Part shown: positions 49,191 to 59,538 of the stretch, piece by piece
Numbering within the stretch: the stretch's first letter is position 1
How the letters are laid out: every line of letters starts with the position of its first letter
Translations under genes and position numbers: made by a program
NCBI GenBank assembly: GCA_045589295.1
Contig: JAZNOU010000021.1
Coordinates: 4,822-68,821 of the forward strand
Length of the DNA stretch: 64,000 nt
Direction: 5' to 3'
Origin: Clostridia bacterium
GTDB lineage: Bacteria; Bacillota; Clostridia; RGIG6154
The notes under the pieces: model-generated
The model's input: only the letters and a program-made list of their open reading frames with translations
Database searches by the model: none
What the model was told of the DNA's origin: nothing

Positions 49191-50116
49191 AAATAAGCCT
49201 CCTTATTAAACTTATATCCTTTTAAAAATTCTTCTGCTGCCATTGGTTTTTTTCCTTCAGGCTGAATTAACTTTAATTCCAAAGATGTATTGTTTCCACA
49301 CCCCACCTTAAAAATTCCATTTTGTGTATCAATTTCTCCAATTTTAAGATTAGAGGTGCAACATACATCTGCACTTAATATTTTTATAATTTTTCCGTCT
49401 AAATATGCCTTGGCACCGGGAGATGGATTAAGGCCTCTAATAAGGCAAGAGATTTTTCCTGCTTCCATAGAAAAATCAATATAGCTCATTTCCTTTGAAA
49501 TCATTGGTGCATAAGTCATTTCATTATGATTTTGCGGAATTCTTTCAAGGGTATTATCTTTGAGTTTTTCAATAGTTTCAGACAGTGCCTCCGAACCTAA
49601 TGCAGAAAGTTTCTCAAACATAGTACCTGAAGTATCAGCACCTGAAATTTCTAGCTCTTTTACAACAAGCATATCACCAGTATCAAGTCCCTCATCCATA
49701 AGCATAGTTGTTACGCCTGTTTTCTTTTCACCATTTATGATGCTCCACTGAATTGGTGCTGCACCCCTGTACTTAGGTAAAAGTGAAGCATGAACGTTTA
49801 TACATCCGTACTTCGGATAATTTAAAACAAAATCAGGTAAAATTCTTCCGTATGCAATAACAATTATAAGCTGAGGGTCAAGAGCCTCTAAAAGATTATG
49901 AAATTCTTCTGTTTTTACACTATCAGGTTGGAAAACTTCAAGACCATTTTCCAAAGCAAACTCTTTAACTGGTGGAGGTAATAATTTATATCCTCTACCC
50001 TTTTGCCTGTCAGGCTGGGAAATAACTCCAACAATTTCTATATCTTCTCTTTTTGTAAGCATTTCAAGACAAGGTACTGCAAAATCAGGAGTACCCATAA
50101 ACAAAGTTTTAATCAT
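49166..50116 (-). CDS. fmt: Methionyl-tRNA formyltransferase
   Basis: MIKTLFMGTPDFAVP… Start refined to 50116 (the track ORF extends to 50200). Overlaps the def stop by 8 nt. Confidence 0.92.
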   Translation of the reverse strand: MIKTLFMGTPDFAVPCLEMLTKREDIEIVGVISQPDRQKGRGYKLLPPPVKEFALENGLEVFQPDSVKTEEFHNLLEALDPQLIIVIAYGRILPDFVLNYPKYGCINVHASLLPKYRGAAPIQWSIINGEKKTGVTTMLMDEGLDTGDMLVVKELEISGADTSGTMFEKLSALGSEALSETIEKLKDNTLERIPQNHNEMTYAPMISKEMSYIDFSMEAGKISCLIRGLNPSPGAKAYLDGKIIKILSADVCCTSNLKIGEIDTQNGIFKVGCGNNTSLELKLIQPEGKKPMAAEEFLKGYKFNKEAYLCTSIQDI

Positions 50117-50579
50117 CGTTGCCATCACCTTCGTAATCAGGGATAATTTTATCAACAAAAAGTGTTCCGCCCAAATGGTCATTTTCGTGACAAATTGCAC
50201 GTGCTGCCAGACCTTTTACTGTCATTTCAAACTCTTTACCAAAACGGTCTTTAGCTTTGAATTTAACAATTGCAGGTCTTTCAACATAGCCATATTCACC
50301 GGGGCAGCTAAGACAGCCTTCCTGAGCAATGTGTTTACCCTTAGTATTAAGGATTTCGGGATTAATGCATTCCACAAGACCTGTTTCTTCTGTTTCTATA
50401 ATAAATACTCTTCTTAAAATACCTACCTGAGGCGCTGCTAGACCAACTCCCTGGGCTTCGTGCATTGTTTCTTTCATATCATCAAGCAAATAATGAAGTC
50501 TGCCATCAAAATTTATAACTTCACGGCAGGTTTTTCTCAAAACTTCATCGCCTTTTTTTACTATATTTCTAATAGCCAT
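50109..50579 (-). CDS. def: Peptide deformylase
   Basis: GLAAPQVG, EGCLS and HExxH (HENDH) motifs. Confidence 0.95.
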   Translation of the reverse strand: MAIRNIVKKGDEVLRKTCREVINFDGRLHYLLDDMKETMHEAQGVGLAAPQVGILRRVFIIETEETGLVECINPEILNTKGKHIAQEGCLSCPGEYGYVERPAIVKFKAKDRFGKEFEMTVKGLAARAICHENDHLGGTLFVDKIIPDYEGDGNDD

Positions 50580-50601
50580 ACCCTTGCTCCTTTTATATCA
50601 G

Positions 50602-52851
50602 TTACATCATATTATTGGGGTTTATATCAAGAGATACCGTAACATCTGCTTTATCTGTAACCTTTACAGCTTCCCTCAAAAATTCTCTTTCACGTTCGCC
50701 TGCGATAAGTTTAATAATAACACGCCATCTGAATTTATTGTTTATTCTTGACAGCGGTGCAGGCGCCGGTCCTATAATATTAAACGCCACATCATTTGAT
50801 TTAAATATCTCATTTATTCTCTTTGAGATATCAACAATGGTGTTTTTAACCTCATTACCATTTATTCCGCTTACAACAATATTTACAATATCACCAAACG
50901 GAGGATACCCCATACTTTTTCTTAAATGTATTTCCTTTTTATAGAACTCCTTAAAGTCCTGATTTGAAGCACATTCTATAACCCAATGATCAGGTGAATA
51001 TGTCTGTATAATAGCTCTGCCTGCGGTATCGCCTCTTCCTGCTCTTCCACAGACTTGTGTTATAAGCTGAAATGTTCTTTCCGCCGCCTGATAATCATCA
51101 ACATAAAGCATCATATCGGCAGCCAAAACTCCTACCAAAGAAACATTTGGAAAATCAAGTCCCTTTGTTATCATTTGTGTGCCTACAAGTATATCGATTT
51201 TTTCCTCACTAAACTTTTTTAAGATTTTATGATGTGAAAGTTTTTCCCTTGTAGTATCATTATCCATTCTAATAACTGCAGCATCAGGGAAAAGTCTTTT
51301 TAATTCTTCTTCAACTTTTTGAGTGCCAATACCAAAATGTCTTATAGCACTGCTTTTACATTTAGGACAAACTGAATAGTTTTTTATGGTATATCCGCAA
51401 TAATGACATACTAATGTATCATTAAATTTATGATATGTCATTGCAATTCCGCATTCAGGACAAATTGCCGCATATCCGCAACTTCTGCAAGAAACAAATG
51501 TTGAAAAACCTCGTCTGTTTAAAAACAAAATAGTCTGCTCACCATTGTTAATATTTTTACGTATTTCTTCCTGCAACGCAGAACTTAAAAACGATTTGTT
51601 GCCATTTGAAAGTTCATATCTCAAATCAACAATATTTACCTCAGGCAAACTGACATTATTATATCGGTTTTTAATCTGTAAAAGTTCCAAATCACCATTT
51701 ACTGCTCTGTAAGCACTTTTCATACTTGGTGTTGCAGATGCAAGTACTAGTGGTGCGTTTTCAAATCTGCAGATTTGTTCAGCGACCTCTCTTGCATCAT
51801 ATTTAGGTGACATATCCGATTTGTATGAGTTTTCATGTTCCTCGTCTACCACAATAATTCCAATATTATCGATAGGTGTAAAAATAGCAGACCGTGCGCC
51901 CACAACAACATCAACTTCACCGGATTTAATTTTATTCCAGCAATCAAATCTTTCGCCGATAGAAAGCCCGCTATGAAAAATAGCAACTCTTTCACCAAGA
52001 CGACTCTTAAATCTTTCAGACATCTGTGGCGTAAGCGAAATTTCGGGTACCAATATTATTGCCTTTTTATTATTCTTGACAGCATGAGCTACCGCTTGAA
52101 GATACACCTCAGTTTTACCGCTTCCGGTAATTCCTCGCAACAATATGCCCGCATACTTATCACTGTCAACTTTTTCACATATAAAATCAATAGCCTTTTT
52201 CTGCTCATCATTTGGCATTAAAGGCTGCGTTCTTACAATATTTTCTTCTTTAAACGGATTTCTTTCAACTGCCTTGTCGAACACAGAAATATACCCTTTT
52301 TTTTCAAGGGTTGAAATTGTGGTTCTGGTTGTCATAGCAAGCTCGCCCAAATGAACAACAGGAATTTCCCCCAGTTGATTGAGCAAGTCTAAAACTCTTG
52401 CCTGAGCAGGAGCTTTTCTCTCAAGTTCAGATAAAATTTCACAATATATTTCAGGTTCAATACAAACTCTTGCGAACTTAAGGAGTTTATCACCGTAACC
52501 GATATATCCTTTGTTTTTAGACATCGCACCCGGCGGAAGTAGTTCCTTCAGGCAATCGTAATATGTGCAAACACATCTGTTATGCATCCATTTTAACAAA
52601 GTTACATCTCGCTCGGTCAAAATTGTATCCAAAACCGTATCAATTCTTTTTAGTTTTTCACTTTCTTCCGTTTCGCCAAAACCTATAACAACACCATCAG
52701 TTTTTGTGTTTCCCTTTCCAAAAGGCACAATCACGTGTGAACCGATTTGTGCATCATCAAAAAGGTAATCAAAACATTTATCCACAGCTTTCGATGGATT
52801 GTTTATTATTACTTTGGCTACTTTTACAAGGCTCATATTAAAATCAGTCAA
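50602..52851 (-). CDS. priA: Primosomal protein N' (PriA helicase)
   Basis: Walker A GITGSGKT, DEEH, and Cys-rich zinc-binding inserts, 749 aa. Confidence 0.93.
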   Translation of the reverse strand: MTDFNMSLVKVAKVIINNPSKAVDKCFDYLFDDAQIGSHVIVPFGKGNTKTDGVVIGFGETEESEKLKRIDTVLDTILTERDVTLLKWMHNRCVCTYYDCLKELLPPGAMSKNKGYIGYGDKLLKFARVCIEPEIYCEILSELERKAPAQARVLDLLNQLGEIPVVHLGELAMTTRTTISTLEKKGYISVFDKAVERNPFKEENIVRTQPLMPNDEQKKAIDFICEKVDSDKYAGILLRGITGSGKTEVYLQAVAHAVKNNKKAIILVPEISLTPQMSERFKSRLGERVAIFHSGLSIGERFDCWNKIKSGEVDVVVGARSAIFTPIDNIGIIVVDEEHENSYKSDMSPKYDAREVAEQICRFENAPLVLASATPSMKSAYRAVNGDLELLQIKNRYNNVSLPEVNIVDLRYELSNGNKSFLSSALQEEIRKNINNGEQTILFLNRRGFSTFVSCRSCGYAAICPECGIAMTYHKFNDTLVCHYCGYTIKNYSVCPKCKSSAIRHFGIGTQKVEEELKRLFPDAAVIRMDNDTTREKLSHHKILKKFSEEKIDILVGTQMITKGLDFPNVSLVGVLAADMMLYVDDYQAAERTFQLITQVCGRAGRGDTAGRAIIQTYSPDHWVIECASNQDFKEFYKKEIHLRKSMGYPPFGDIVNIVVSGINGNEVKNTIVDISKRINEIFKSNDVAFNIIGPAPAPLSRINNKFRWRVIIKLIAGEREREFLREAVKVTDKADVTVSLDINPNNMM

Positions 52852-53059
52852 TAATATCTACTTTACCTTCTGCGATTTCGTGAACGGCAACAGAAACAGG
52901 TTTATCGCAAATCTTTTCGTACTCTGTAAGCACATCTGAACGTGATTCTGCTAATTCTCCTGAGATTGCTCTTGCTCTTTTAGCAACCGCCAAAACAAGT
53001 GAATAACGGCATGCGCCATTAGCTTTTTCAATAAGTGATGATAGTGTTGGGTATAACAT
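52844..53059 (-). CDS. rpoZ: DNA-directed RNA polymerase subunit omega
   Basis: 71 aa with an RpoZ-like sequence (RYSLVLAVAKRAR). Confidence 0.88.
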   Translation of the reverse strand: MLYPTLSSLIEKANGACRYSLVLAVAKRARAISGELAESRSDVLTEYEKICDKPVSVAVHEIAEGKVDIID

Positions 53060-53062
53060 AAT

Positions 53063-53668
53063 TTATTCCTCCTGTAAATTTAAATTACATCTTTCTGTTC
53101 TTAATTTTTCTACTTCAATAATTTTATTTATTTTTTCCACTGCATTTTCAACAGTGTCATTTACAATATAATAGTTATATTTGTTTGCAAATTCTAATTC
53201 CCTACGAGCTGTAATAAGACGTTTTTCAACAACATCTTGTGATTCTGTTCCCCTGCCTTCAAGTCTTTTTCTTAACTCTTCCATTGAAGGCGGAAGAATG
53301 AATATGTAAACACCCTCGGGGTGTTTTGCTTTTATTTGCATTGCTCCTTGCACTTCGATTTCCAAAACAACGTCTTTGCCCTGCTTTATACAATCAAAAA
53401 CAGGTTTTTTAGGTGTACCATATCTTTTACCGCAAAAATCTGCCCACTCTAAAAAATAATCTTCTTTGATAAGTTGATTAAATTTTTCCTCATCAAAAAA
53501 ATGATATGACTTCCCGTCAATTTCACCTTCACGTGGTTTTCTGGTGGTAGCAGATACAGATAAAAATGCATCCTCTTTTTGTTTAAAATATTCTTTGCAG
53601 ATAGTTCCCTTCCCGACACCTGATGGACCTGAAATTACTACCAGTATGCCTTCTTTAGTATTAAGCAT
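53063..53668 (-). CDS. gmk: Guanylate kinase
   Basis: P-loop GPSGVGKGT, 201 aa. Confidence 0.95.
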   Translation of the reverse strand: MLNTKEGILVVISGPSGVGKGTICKEYFKQKEDAFLSVSATTRKPREGEIDGKSYHFFDEEKFNQLIKEDYFLEWADFCGKRYGTPKKPVFDCIKQGKDVVLEIEVQGAMQIKAKHPEGVYIFILPPSMEELRKRLEGRGTESQDVVEKRLITARRELEFANKYNYYIVNDTVENAVEKINKIIEVEKLRTERCNLNLQEE

Positions 53669-53924
53669 TTTTACCTCCGTTCATCTGTTCAATACGTTGT
53701 GTGATTGTATCTGGCATAAGTGCTGACAATATAATATGACCACTTTCAAATACCAAAACCGCCCTTGTACGTCTGCCACATGTACCATCAACAAGTTTAA
53801 ACATTTCTTTTGCCTGTTGCATAAGCCTTTTTATCGGTGCAGAATCGGGAGATACAACAGAAATAAGCTTGTCTGCTGATATCACGTTTCCATATCCTAT
53901 GTTAATTAAATTCATAATACTCAC
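53661..53924 (-). CDS. remA: DUF370 protein RemA (YlzA-like biofilm/matrix regulator)
   Basis: 87 aa with an RemA-like sequence ([28 protein letters not shown]), upstream of gmk. Confidence 0.85.
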   Translation of the reverse strand: MSIMNLINIGYGNVISADKLISVVSPDSAPIKRLMQQAKEMFKLVDGTCGRRTRAVLVFESGHIILSALMPDTITQRIEQMNGGKNA

Positions 53925-53925
53925 C

Positions 53926-54801
53926 TTATTCTATATTCTGAATTTGTTCTCTTATCTTTTCAATCTCGTTCTTAACATTAACTACATATGATGAAATTTT
54001 AAGTTCGTTTGACTTAGAACCTATTGTATTGATTTCCCTGTTCATTTCCTGAACTAAAAAGTCAAACTTCTTTCCAACAGGTTCATTGCTCTCCAAAAGG
54101 TCCGCAGCAGCTTTTAAATGACTCTTTAATCTTACAGTTTCTTCGTCCACACAAACTTTATCTGTATAGATTGCAACTTCCTGAATAATTCTGTTTTCGT
54201 CTATAACTGAATTTTCAAGGGCTTCTGTAATCTTAGCAAAAAGTTTCTGCTTATAAACCTCAATATTAAGGGGAACAAGCTGTTCTATTTCAGAAACAGT
54301 ATTTTCTATAATTGAGAGCTTACTCAAAATATCATTTTTAAGTCTTGCACCCTCTTCTTCTCTCATAGCTGTATGATTAGCAAAACATTCTCTCAAAACA
54401 GGCTCCAGATATTTCCAAATTTCTTCCTCAGACTGTTCTTCGTGTTCAATTTTAACAATATCACTGTTTAAAAATCTTGTGGCACACAAATCATATGTAA
54501 TATCAAGTTCCTCACATAACTGTTTAAAAGCAACAGTGTAAGACTGAGCAAGTTCTTTATCTAAAACTACTTTTTTGCCTGAATTTTCTTTTGAGTTTAC
54601 AGAAATATAAACGTCAATTTTTCCACGGGAAATATATTCTGCCAAAAGCTTTTTAATTTTATCTTCGGCAAACATAAAATATCTTGGGCTTTTTACGTTT
54701 ACATCAAAATAGCGATTATTTACAGAGCGAACTTCAACCGTAATTTCTCGTTCTTCTGTAACATTCTGTCCTTTACCATAGCCTGTCATACTTTTTATCA
54801 C
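53926..54801 (-). CDS. yicC: YicC/YloC-family stress-induced endoribonuclease
   Basis: [11 protein letters not shown]-terminus and the YicC C-terminal domain. Likely GTG start at 54801 with a GGTGA RBS (the track ORF extends to 54855). Confidence 0.85.
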   Translation of the reverse strand: MIKSMTGYGKGQNVTEEREITVEVRSVNNRYFDVNVKSPRYFMFAEDKIKKLLAEYISRGKIDVYISVNSKENSGKKVVLDKELAQSYTVAFKQLCEELDITYDLCATRFLNSDIVKIEHEEQSEEEIWKYLEPVLRECFANHTAMREEEGARLKNDILSKLSIIENTVSEIEQLVPLNIEVYKQKLFAKITEALENSVIDENRIIQEVAIYTDKVCVDEETVRLKSHLKAAADLLESNEPVGKKFDFLVQEMNREINTIGSKSNELKISSYVVNVKNEIEKIREQIQNIE

Positions 54802-54904
54802 TACAAAATCACCCACTTTATAATTATACATACTCATTATAACACAAAATTTCAAAAAAATAAATAGATTTCATGAAAATATTCCAAAAACACTCTAAAA
54901 TACT

Positions 54905-54933
54905 TGAAAATCAGCATAAAAATGTGTATAATA
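54905..54933 (+). promoter_or_regulatory. Promoter of rlmD (TTGAAA, 17 nt, TATAAT)
   Basis: Near-consensus boxes at 54905-54910 and 54928-54933. RBS GGAGA lies before the ATG at 54962. Confidence 0.55.
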
Positions 54934-54961
54934 CTACTAAACTTTTTTATGGAGATTTTGT

Positions 54962-56266
54962 ATGGTTAAAAAAAACAAAACATATACAGATACAGTTGCA
55001 GGTTTTGGTGCAGACGGCGAAGGTGTTGTAAAACACGAAGGATTCCCCGTCTTTGTTCCGTTTGCCTTAGAGGGTGAGAAAATTGAATATAAAGTTGTTA
55101 AAGTTTTAAAAAATCATGCATTTGGAAAACTTTTAAAGGTCATTACCCCATCTGCTTCAAGAACAGTTCCTTGTTGTGATATATTTTATAAATGCGGAGG
55201 TTGTTCACTTTTACACATTAACTACCAAAAGCAACTTGAAATTAAAAAAGACAATGTAATTAGTTGTATGAAAAAATATTCAGGTAATGAAACTATTGTC
55301 AATGACGTTATTCCATGCAAAAACATTTACAACTACAGAAACAAAGCTCAATATCCAATAAAAGACGGCAAATGCGGATTTTACGCTTTAAGAAGTCACG
55401 ACATTGTACCTCTTGAAACCTGTAAAATTCAAAATACAGATGACCAAAAAATAATAAAAACCGTCCTTGCATATATTAAAATCACAAGTTCGTCCATAAA
55501 GCACATATATACACGTTATGGCAAAAACGAGTGTATGGTTGTTCTTGTCTCTAAATCAGAAAAACTTAAAAACTCTGACCTGTTAATACAAAAATTACTT
55601 GAAACAAGCAATAAAATTACAAGTGTAATTTTAAATGTAAACAAGGAAGATACAAATGTAATTTTAGGCAAAAAAAATATTACGCTTTATGGGAAAAGCA
55701 CTATTACCGCATCAATTGGCAATCTTGATTTTGAAATCTCTCCCCTTTCTTTTTTTCAGGTGAACAGCACTCAAACAGAAGTTTTGTATGAAACCGCAAA
55801 AACACTTGCAAATTTCAAAAAAACTGACTGCATAATAGATTTGTATTGCGGGACTGGCTCAATCGGTCTTTATATGGCAGACAGTGTCAAAAGTGTGCTT
55901 GGCGTTGAAATTATTGAAGACGCAGTAATAAATGCTCAAAATAATGCAAAATTAAATAATATACAAAACACAAAATTTGTATGCGGTGCGGCGGAAACTT
56001 TAATGCCTGAAATTATTAAAAAAGAAGGCAAAATCGACGGAGTTATCTTAGACCCACCAAGAAAAGGCTGTGATGAACTTCTTCTGAATTGTCTGCTTGA
56101 AACAAATATTGAAAAAATTCTTTATATTTCATGCAATCCATCAACACTTGCAAGAGATATAAAAGTTCTATCACAAAAATACACACCATCTGCAATTACT
56201 CCTGTCGACATGTTTCCCAACACAAGTCATGTGGAGTGCGTATGTTGCTTAACAAAACATAAATAG
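54962..56266 (+). CDS. rlmD: 23S rRNA (uracil-C5)-methyltransferase RlmD/RumA family (TRAM domain plus Fe-S)
   Basis: TRAM domain, Cys cluster (CCDIFYKCGGC), SAM motif DLYCGTGSIG and catalytic ISCNP. Confidence 0.88.
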   Translation: MVKKNKTYTDTVAGFGADGEGVVKHEGFPVFVPFALEGEKIEYKVVKVLKNHAFGKLLKVITPSASRTVPCCDIFYKCGGCSLLHINYQKQLEIKKDNVISCMKKYSGNETIVNDVIPCKNIYNYRNKAQYPIKDGKCGFYALRSHDIVPLETCKIQNTDDQKIIKTVLAYIKITSSSIKHIYTRYGKNECMVVLVSKSEKLKNSDLLIQKLLETSNKITSVILNVNKEDTNVILGKKNITLYGKSTITASIGNLDFEISPLSFFQVNSTQTEVLYETAKTLANFKKTDCIIDLYCGTGSIGLYMADSVKSVLGVEIIEDAVINAQNNAKLNNIQNTKFVCGAAETLMPEIIKKEGKIDGVILDPPRKGCDELLLNCLLETNIEKILYISCNPSTLARDIKVLSQKYTPSAITPVDMFPNTSHVECVCCLTKHK

Positions 56267-56339
56267 ATTTTTAAATTTAGATTGATTTATTTTGAAAAAA
56301 ATGTTATAATTTATCATCTTTTACTTAATGGAGGTTAAA

Positions 56340-57428
56340 ATGGAAATTCTTTATTCAAACATTCTGCAAATTGAATGGCAACAAGTTGTTATGTGGCTGA
56401 TAGGTGGAATTTTAATCTATCTTGCAATTAAGAAAGATATGGAACCAACCTTGCTTCTCCCTATGGGTTTTGGGGCAATTTTAGTAAACCTTCCCCACTC
56501 AGGTGCAGTTGAAACTTTGGAGACTCTTTTTAATGCAGGTATTGCCAACGAACTTTTCCCGCTTATACTTTTTATCGGTATCGGCGCAATGATTGACTTT
56601 GGTCCGCTCCTTTCAAACCCTAAACTTATGATTTTTGGTGCGGCAGCTCAATTTGGTATCTTTTTCACTCTCTGCCTTGCTTCAATGTTCTTTGATTTGA
56701 ACGATGCCGCTTCAATTGGTGTTATAGGCGCTGCCGATGGTCCTACTTCAATCGTAGTAGCTCAGGCTCTTAATTCTAAATATGTCGGCGCAATTATGGT
56801 TGCTGCATATTCATATATGGCTCTTGTTCCAATTATTCAACCGCCAGTAATCAAGCTTCTTACTACAAAAAAAGAACGTATGATAAGAATGCCTTATTCT
56901 ACAACTTCTGTTTCAAAAACAACCAAGATTCTTTTCCCAATTATAATCACTGTTATTGCAGGCTTAGTTGCTCCCGAATCAGTTGCGTTGGTAGGTTTCT
57001 TAATGTTTGGTAACTTAATTCGAGAATGCGGAGTATTAAACTCACTTTCAGAAACAGCACAAAAAGTTTTAGCAAATCTTATTACTATTTTCTTAGGTAT
57101 AACAATAGCACTTCGTATGCAGGCTGCAGAATTTTTACAACCTGAAACCCTTTTGATTTTAGGCCTTGGATTATTCGCATTTATATTTGATACTGCTGGT
57201 GGCGTTTTATTTGCAAAGTTTTTAAATCTGTTTACCAAAAAGAAAATTAACCCAATGATTGGTGCAGCCGGAATTTCAGCTTTCCCAATGTCAGGAAGAG
57301 TTGTTCATAAAATGGCTTTAAAAGAAGACTCACAAAACTTCTTACTCATGCATTCAATGGGTGTTAACGTTTCAGGTCAGATTGCTTCTGTTATTGCGGG
57401 CGGTCTTATTCTTAAATTCTTTATGTAA
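56340..57428 (+). CDS. oadB: Na+-translocating decarboxylase beta subunit (OadB/GcdB/MmdB family)
   Basis: About 9-TM protein with strong identity to the OAD_beta family (…GAADGPTSI…). Start refined to the ATG at 56340, after a GGAGGT RBS. Confidence 0.85.
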   Translation: MEILYSNILQIEWQQVVMWLIGGILIYLAIKKDMEPTLLLPMGFGAILVNLPHSGAVETLETLFNAGIANELFPLILFIGIGAMIDFGPLLSNPKLMIFGAAAQFGIFFTLCLASMFFDLNDAASIGVIGAADGPTSIVVAQALNSKYVGAIMVAAYSYMALVPIIQPPVIKLLTTKKERMIRMPYSTTSVSKTTKILFPIIITVIAGLVAPESVALVGFLMFGNLIRECGVLNSLSETAQKVLANLITIFLGITIALRMQAAEFLQPETLLILGLGLFAFIFDTAGGVLFAKFLNLFTKKKINPMIGAAGISAFPMSGRVVHKMALKEDSQNFLLMHSMGVNVSGQIASVIAGGLILKFFM

Positions 57429-57442
57429 CAGGAGGTATTGAT

Positions 57443-57580
57443 ATGGAATTTAACGCTATGAATTTTATTTATAATCTAAAATATATGGGTCTTGGAATGC
57501 TCGGAATTTTAGTTGTAATAGGTGTTATTATACTCGTTACAATGATTCTGAACAAAGTTACAAAACCTGAAGAAAAATAA
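57443..57580 (+). CDS. OadG-like small membrane subunit (45 aa; TM anchor only)
   Basis: Not in the track (under 60 aa). Strong RBS CAGGAGGT 6 nt upstream. Single TM MGLGMLGILVVIGVIILV resembling the OadG N-terminus. Directly follows oadB. Confidence 0.6.
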   Translation: MEFNAMNFIYNLKYMGLGMLGILVVIGVIILVTMILNKVTKPEEK

Positions 57581-57602
57581 TTTATAATTTAATGTATATA
57601 AA

Positions 57603-57635
57603 ATGCAGAAAAAACTTGATTTTTTCTGCATTTTA
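57603..57635 (+). terminator. Rho-independent terminator of the oadB-oadG operon
   Basis: ATGCAGAAAAAA / TTTTTTCTGCAT hairpin followed by T-rich sequence. Confidence 0.65.
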
Positions 57636-57690
57636 TGTTAAAATTTTTATATTGTTTATGCCTTTTCTATATGAGGTTAAAACTAAATAC

Positions 57691-57777
57691 GCGGATATGG
57701 CGGAATTGGCAGACGCGCATGGTTCAGGTCCATGTGAAAGCGATTTCATGCAGGTTCAAGTCCTGTTATCCGCACCA
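57691..57777 (+). tRNA. tRNA-Leu (anticodon CAG), type II with a long variable arm and encoded CCA
   Basis: Acceptor stem GCGGATA/TATCCGC. D-arm GGCGGAATTGGCAGACGC. Anticodon stem CATGG/CCATG with loop TTCAGGT. T-arm GGTTCAAGTCC. 3' CCA. Confidence 0.9.
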
Positions 57778-57787
57778 TTTTCAAATT

Positions 57788-57819
57788 GCTTACGAGAGAA
57801 AGCTCGTAAGCATTTTTTT
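57788..57819 (+). terminator. Rho-independent terminator of the tRNA-Leu transcript
   Basis: GCTTACGAG-AGAAAG-CTCGTAAGC followed by ATTTTTTT. Confidence 0.85.
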
Positions 57820-57825
57820 ATATAT

Positions 57826-57864
57826 AAAAAAGCGTAAATCTCAAATGTTGATTTACGCTTTTTA
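57826..57864 (-). terminator. Rho-independent terminator of the pckA operon (hairpin AGCGTAAATC / GATTTACGCT)
   Basis: 10-bp stem flanked by an A-run (a U-run on the minus strand), 47 nt after the pckA stop. Confidence 0.8.
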
Positions 57865-57910
57865 CTTTATCGTGTTTGAATTTATGAAAATTGTTTATCA
57901 AATGCTAGAA

Positions 57911-59515
57911 TTAAACGCGAGGACCTGCGCTTACTAATGCTTTACCTGCATCATTACCAGTGTATTTATCAAAGTTTTTAACAAAACGAGCAGCAAGATC
58001 TTTTGCTTTTTCATCCCACTGCGAAGCATCTTCATATGTATCGCGAGGATCTAAAATACCAGTATCAACGCCAGGAAGTGCTGTTGGAACTGCCAAATTA
58101 AAGTAAGGTATTTCTTTTGTTTCAGCCTTCAAGATTGAACCATCTAAAATAGCGTCAATAATACCTCTTGTATCTTTAATTGAGATACGTTTACCTGTAC
58201 CATTCCATCCTGTATTTACAAGATATGCTTTAGCACCGCTCTTTTCCATTTTCTTAACAAGTTCTTCTGCATACTTTGTTGGATGAAGTTCTAAGAATGC
58301 CTGACCGAAGCATGCTGAGAATGTTGGTGTAGGTTCTGTGATGCCGCGTTCTGTACCTGCAAGTTTTGAGGTAAAACCTGACAAGAAATAATACTGAGCC
58401 TGTTCAGGTGTTAAAATTGAAACAGGAGGAAGTACACCAAATGCATCTGCTGAAAGGAAAATAACATTCTTAGCGTCAGGTGCTGCAGATACAGGGCGTA
58501 CAATCTTTTCGATATGGTCGATAGGATATGATACACGTGTGTTTTCTGTAACAGAACCATCATCAAAATCGCAAACGCCGTTTGCATCAACGGTAACGTT
58601 TTCCAAAAGCGCATTACGTTTGATTGCTTTATAGATATCTGGTTCTGATTCTTTATCAAGGTTTATAACCTTTGCATAGCAACCACCTTCAAAGTTAAAT
58701 ACGCCTTTATCATCCCAACCGTGTTCATCATCACCGATCAAAAGTCTTTTCGGATCAGTTGAAAGTGTTGTTTTACCGGTACCTGAAAGCCCGAAGAAGA
58801 GCGCTGTATTTTCGCCATTCATATCCGTGTTTGCTGAACAGTGCATTGAAGCCATACCTTTAAGAGGCAAATAGTAGTTCATCATTGAGAACATACCTTT
58901 TTTCATTTCCCCACCATACCATGTATTTAAGATAACCTGTTCTCTTGATGTGATATTAAATACTACAGCTGTTTCTGAATTAAGGCCTAATTCTTTAAAG
59001 TTGTCTACCTTTGCTTTTGAAGCGTTATAGCAAACAAAGTCAGGTTCAAAGTTTTCAAGTTCTTCTTCAGTTGGGTTGATGAACATATTTTTAACAAAAT
59101 GAGCCTGCCAAGCAACTTCCATAATAAATCTGATTGACATTCTTGAGTCTTCGTTAGCACCGCAGAACACATCAACAACATAAAGTTTTTTGTCTGAAAG
59201 TTCTTTTACTGCAATCTCTTTCAATTCTTTCCATGCTGTTTCGCTGCAAGGGTGGTTATCATTCTTAAATTCATCTGATGTCCACCAAACAGTATCTTTT
59301 GAATTTTCATCCATAACGATGAATTTATCTTTTGGTGAGCGACCTGTGTAAATACCTGTCATTACATTAACTGCACCAAGTTCGGTTTCCTGTCCTTTTT
59401 CAAATCCTTCCAAAGAAGGTTCTGTTTCTGCTGCAAATAATTCTTCGTATGAAGGATTGTGAATAATTTCTTTCACACCTGTAATACCATATTTGCTTAA
59501 ATCAACATTTTTCAT
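57911..59515 (-). CDS. pckA: Phosphoenolpyruvate carboxykinase (ATP)
   Basis: ATP-PEPCK kinase-1a motif [11 protein letters not shown], 534 aa. GGAGG RBS. Confidence 0.95.
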   Translation of the reverse strand: MKNVDLSKYGITGVKEIIHNPSYEELFAAETEPSLEGFEKGQETELGAVNVMTGIYTGRSPKDKFIVMDENSKDTVWWTSDEFKNDNHPCSETAWKELKEIAVKELSDKKLYVVDVFCGANEDSRMSIRFIMEVAWQAHFVKNMFINPTEEELENFEPDFVCYNASKAKVDNFKELGLNSETAVVFNITSREQVILNTWYGGEMKKGMFSMMNYYLPLKGMASMHCSANTDMNGENTALFFGLSGTGKTTLSTDPKRLLIGDDEHGWDDKGVFNFEGGCYAKVINLDKESEPDIYKAIKRNALLENVTVDANGVCDFDDGSVTENTRVSYPIDHIEKIVRPVSAAPDAKNVIFLSADAFGVLPPVSILTPEQAQYYFLSGFTSKLAGTERGITEPTPTFSACFGQAFLELHPTKYAEELVKKMEKSGAKAYLVNTGWNGTGKRISIKDTRGIIDAILDGSILKAETKEIPYFNLAVPTALPGVDTGILDPRDTYEDASQWDEKAKDLAARFVKNFDKYTGNDAGKALVSAGPRV

Positions 59516-59538
59516 ATTAAAACTCCTCTCTTAACTAA

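Noticed and set aside
57592-57937. Track ORFs 57592-57837 and 57635-57937 (81 and 100 aa).
   Set aside because: They read straight through the tRNA-Leu gene and its terminators. The translation is an artefact of the tRNA and intergenic sequence.
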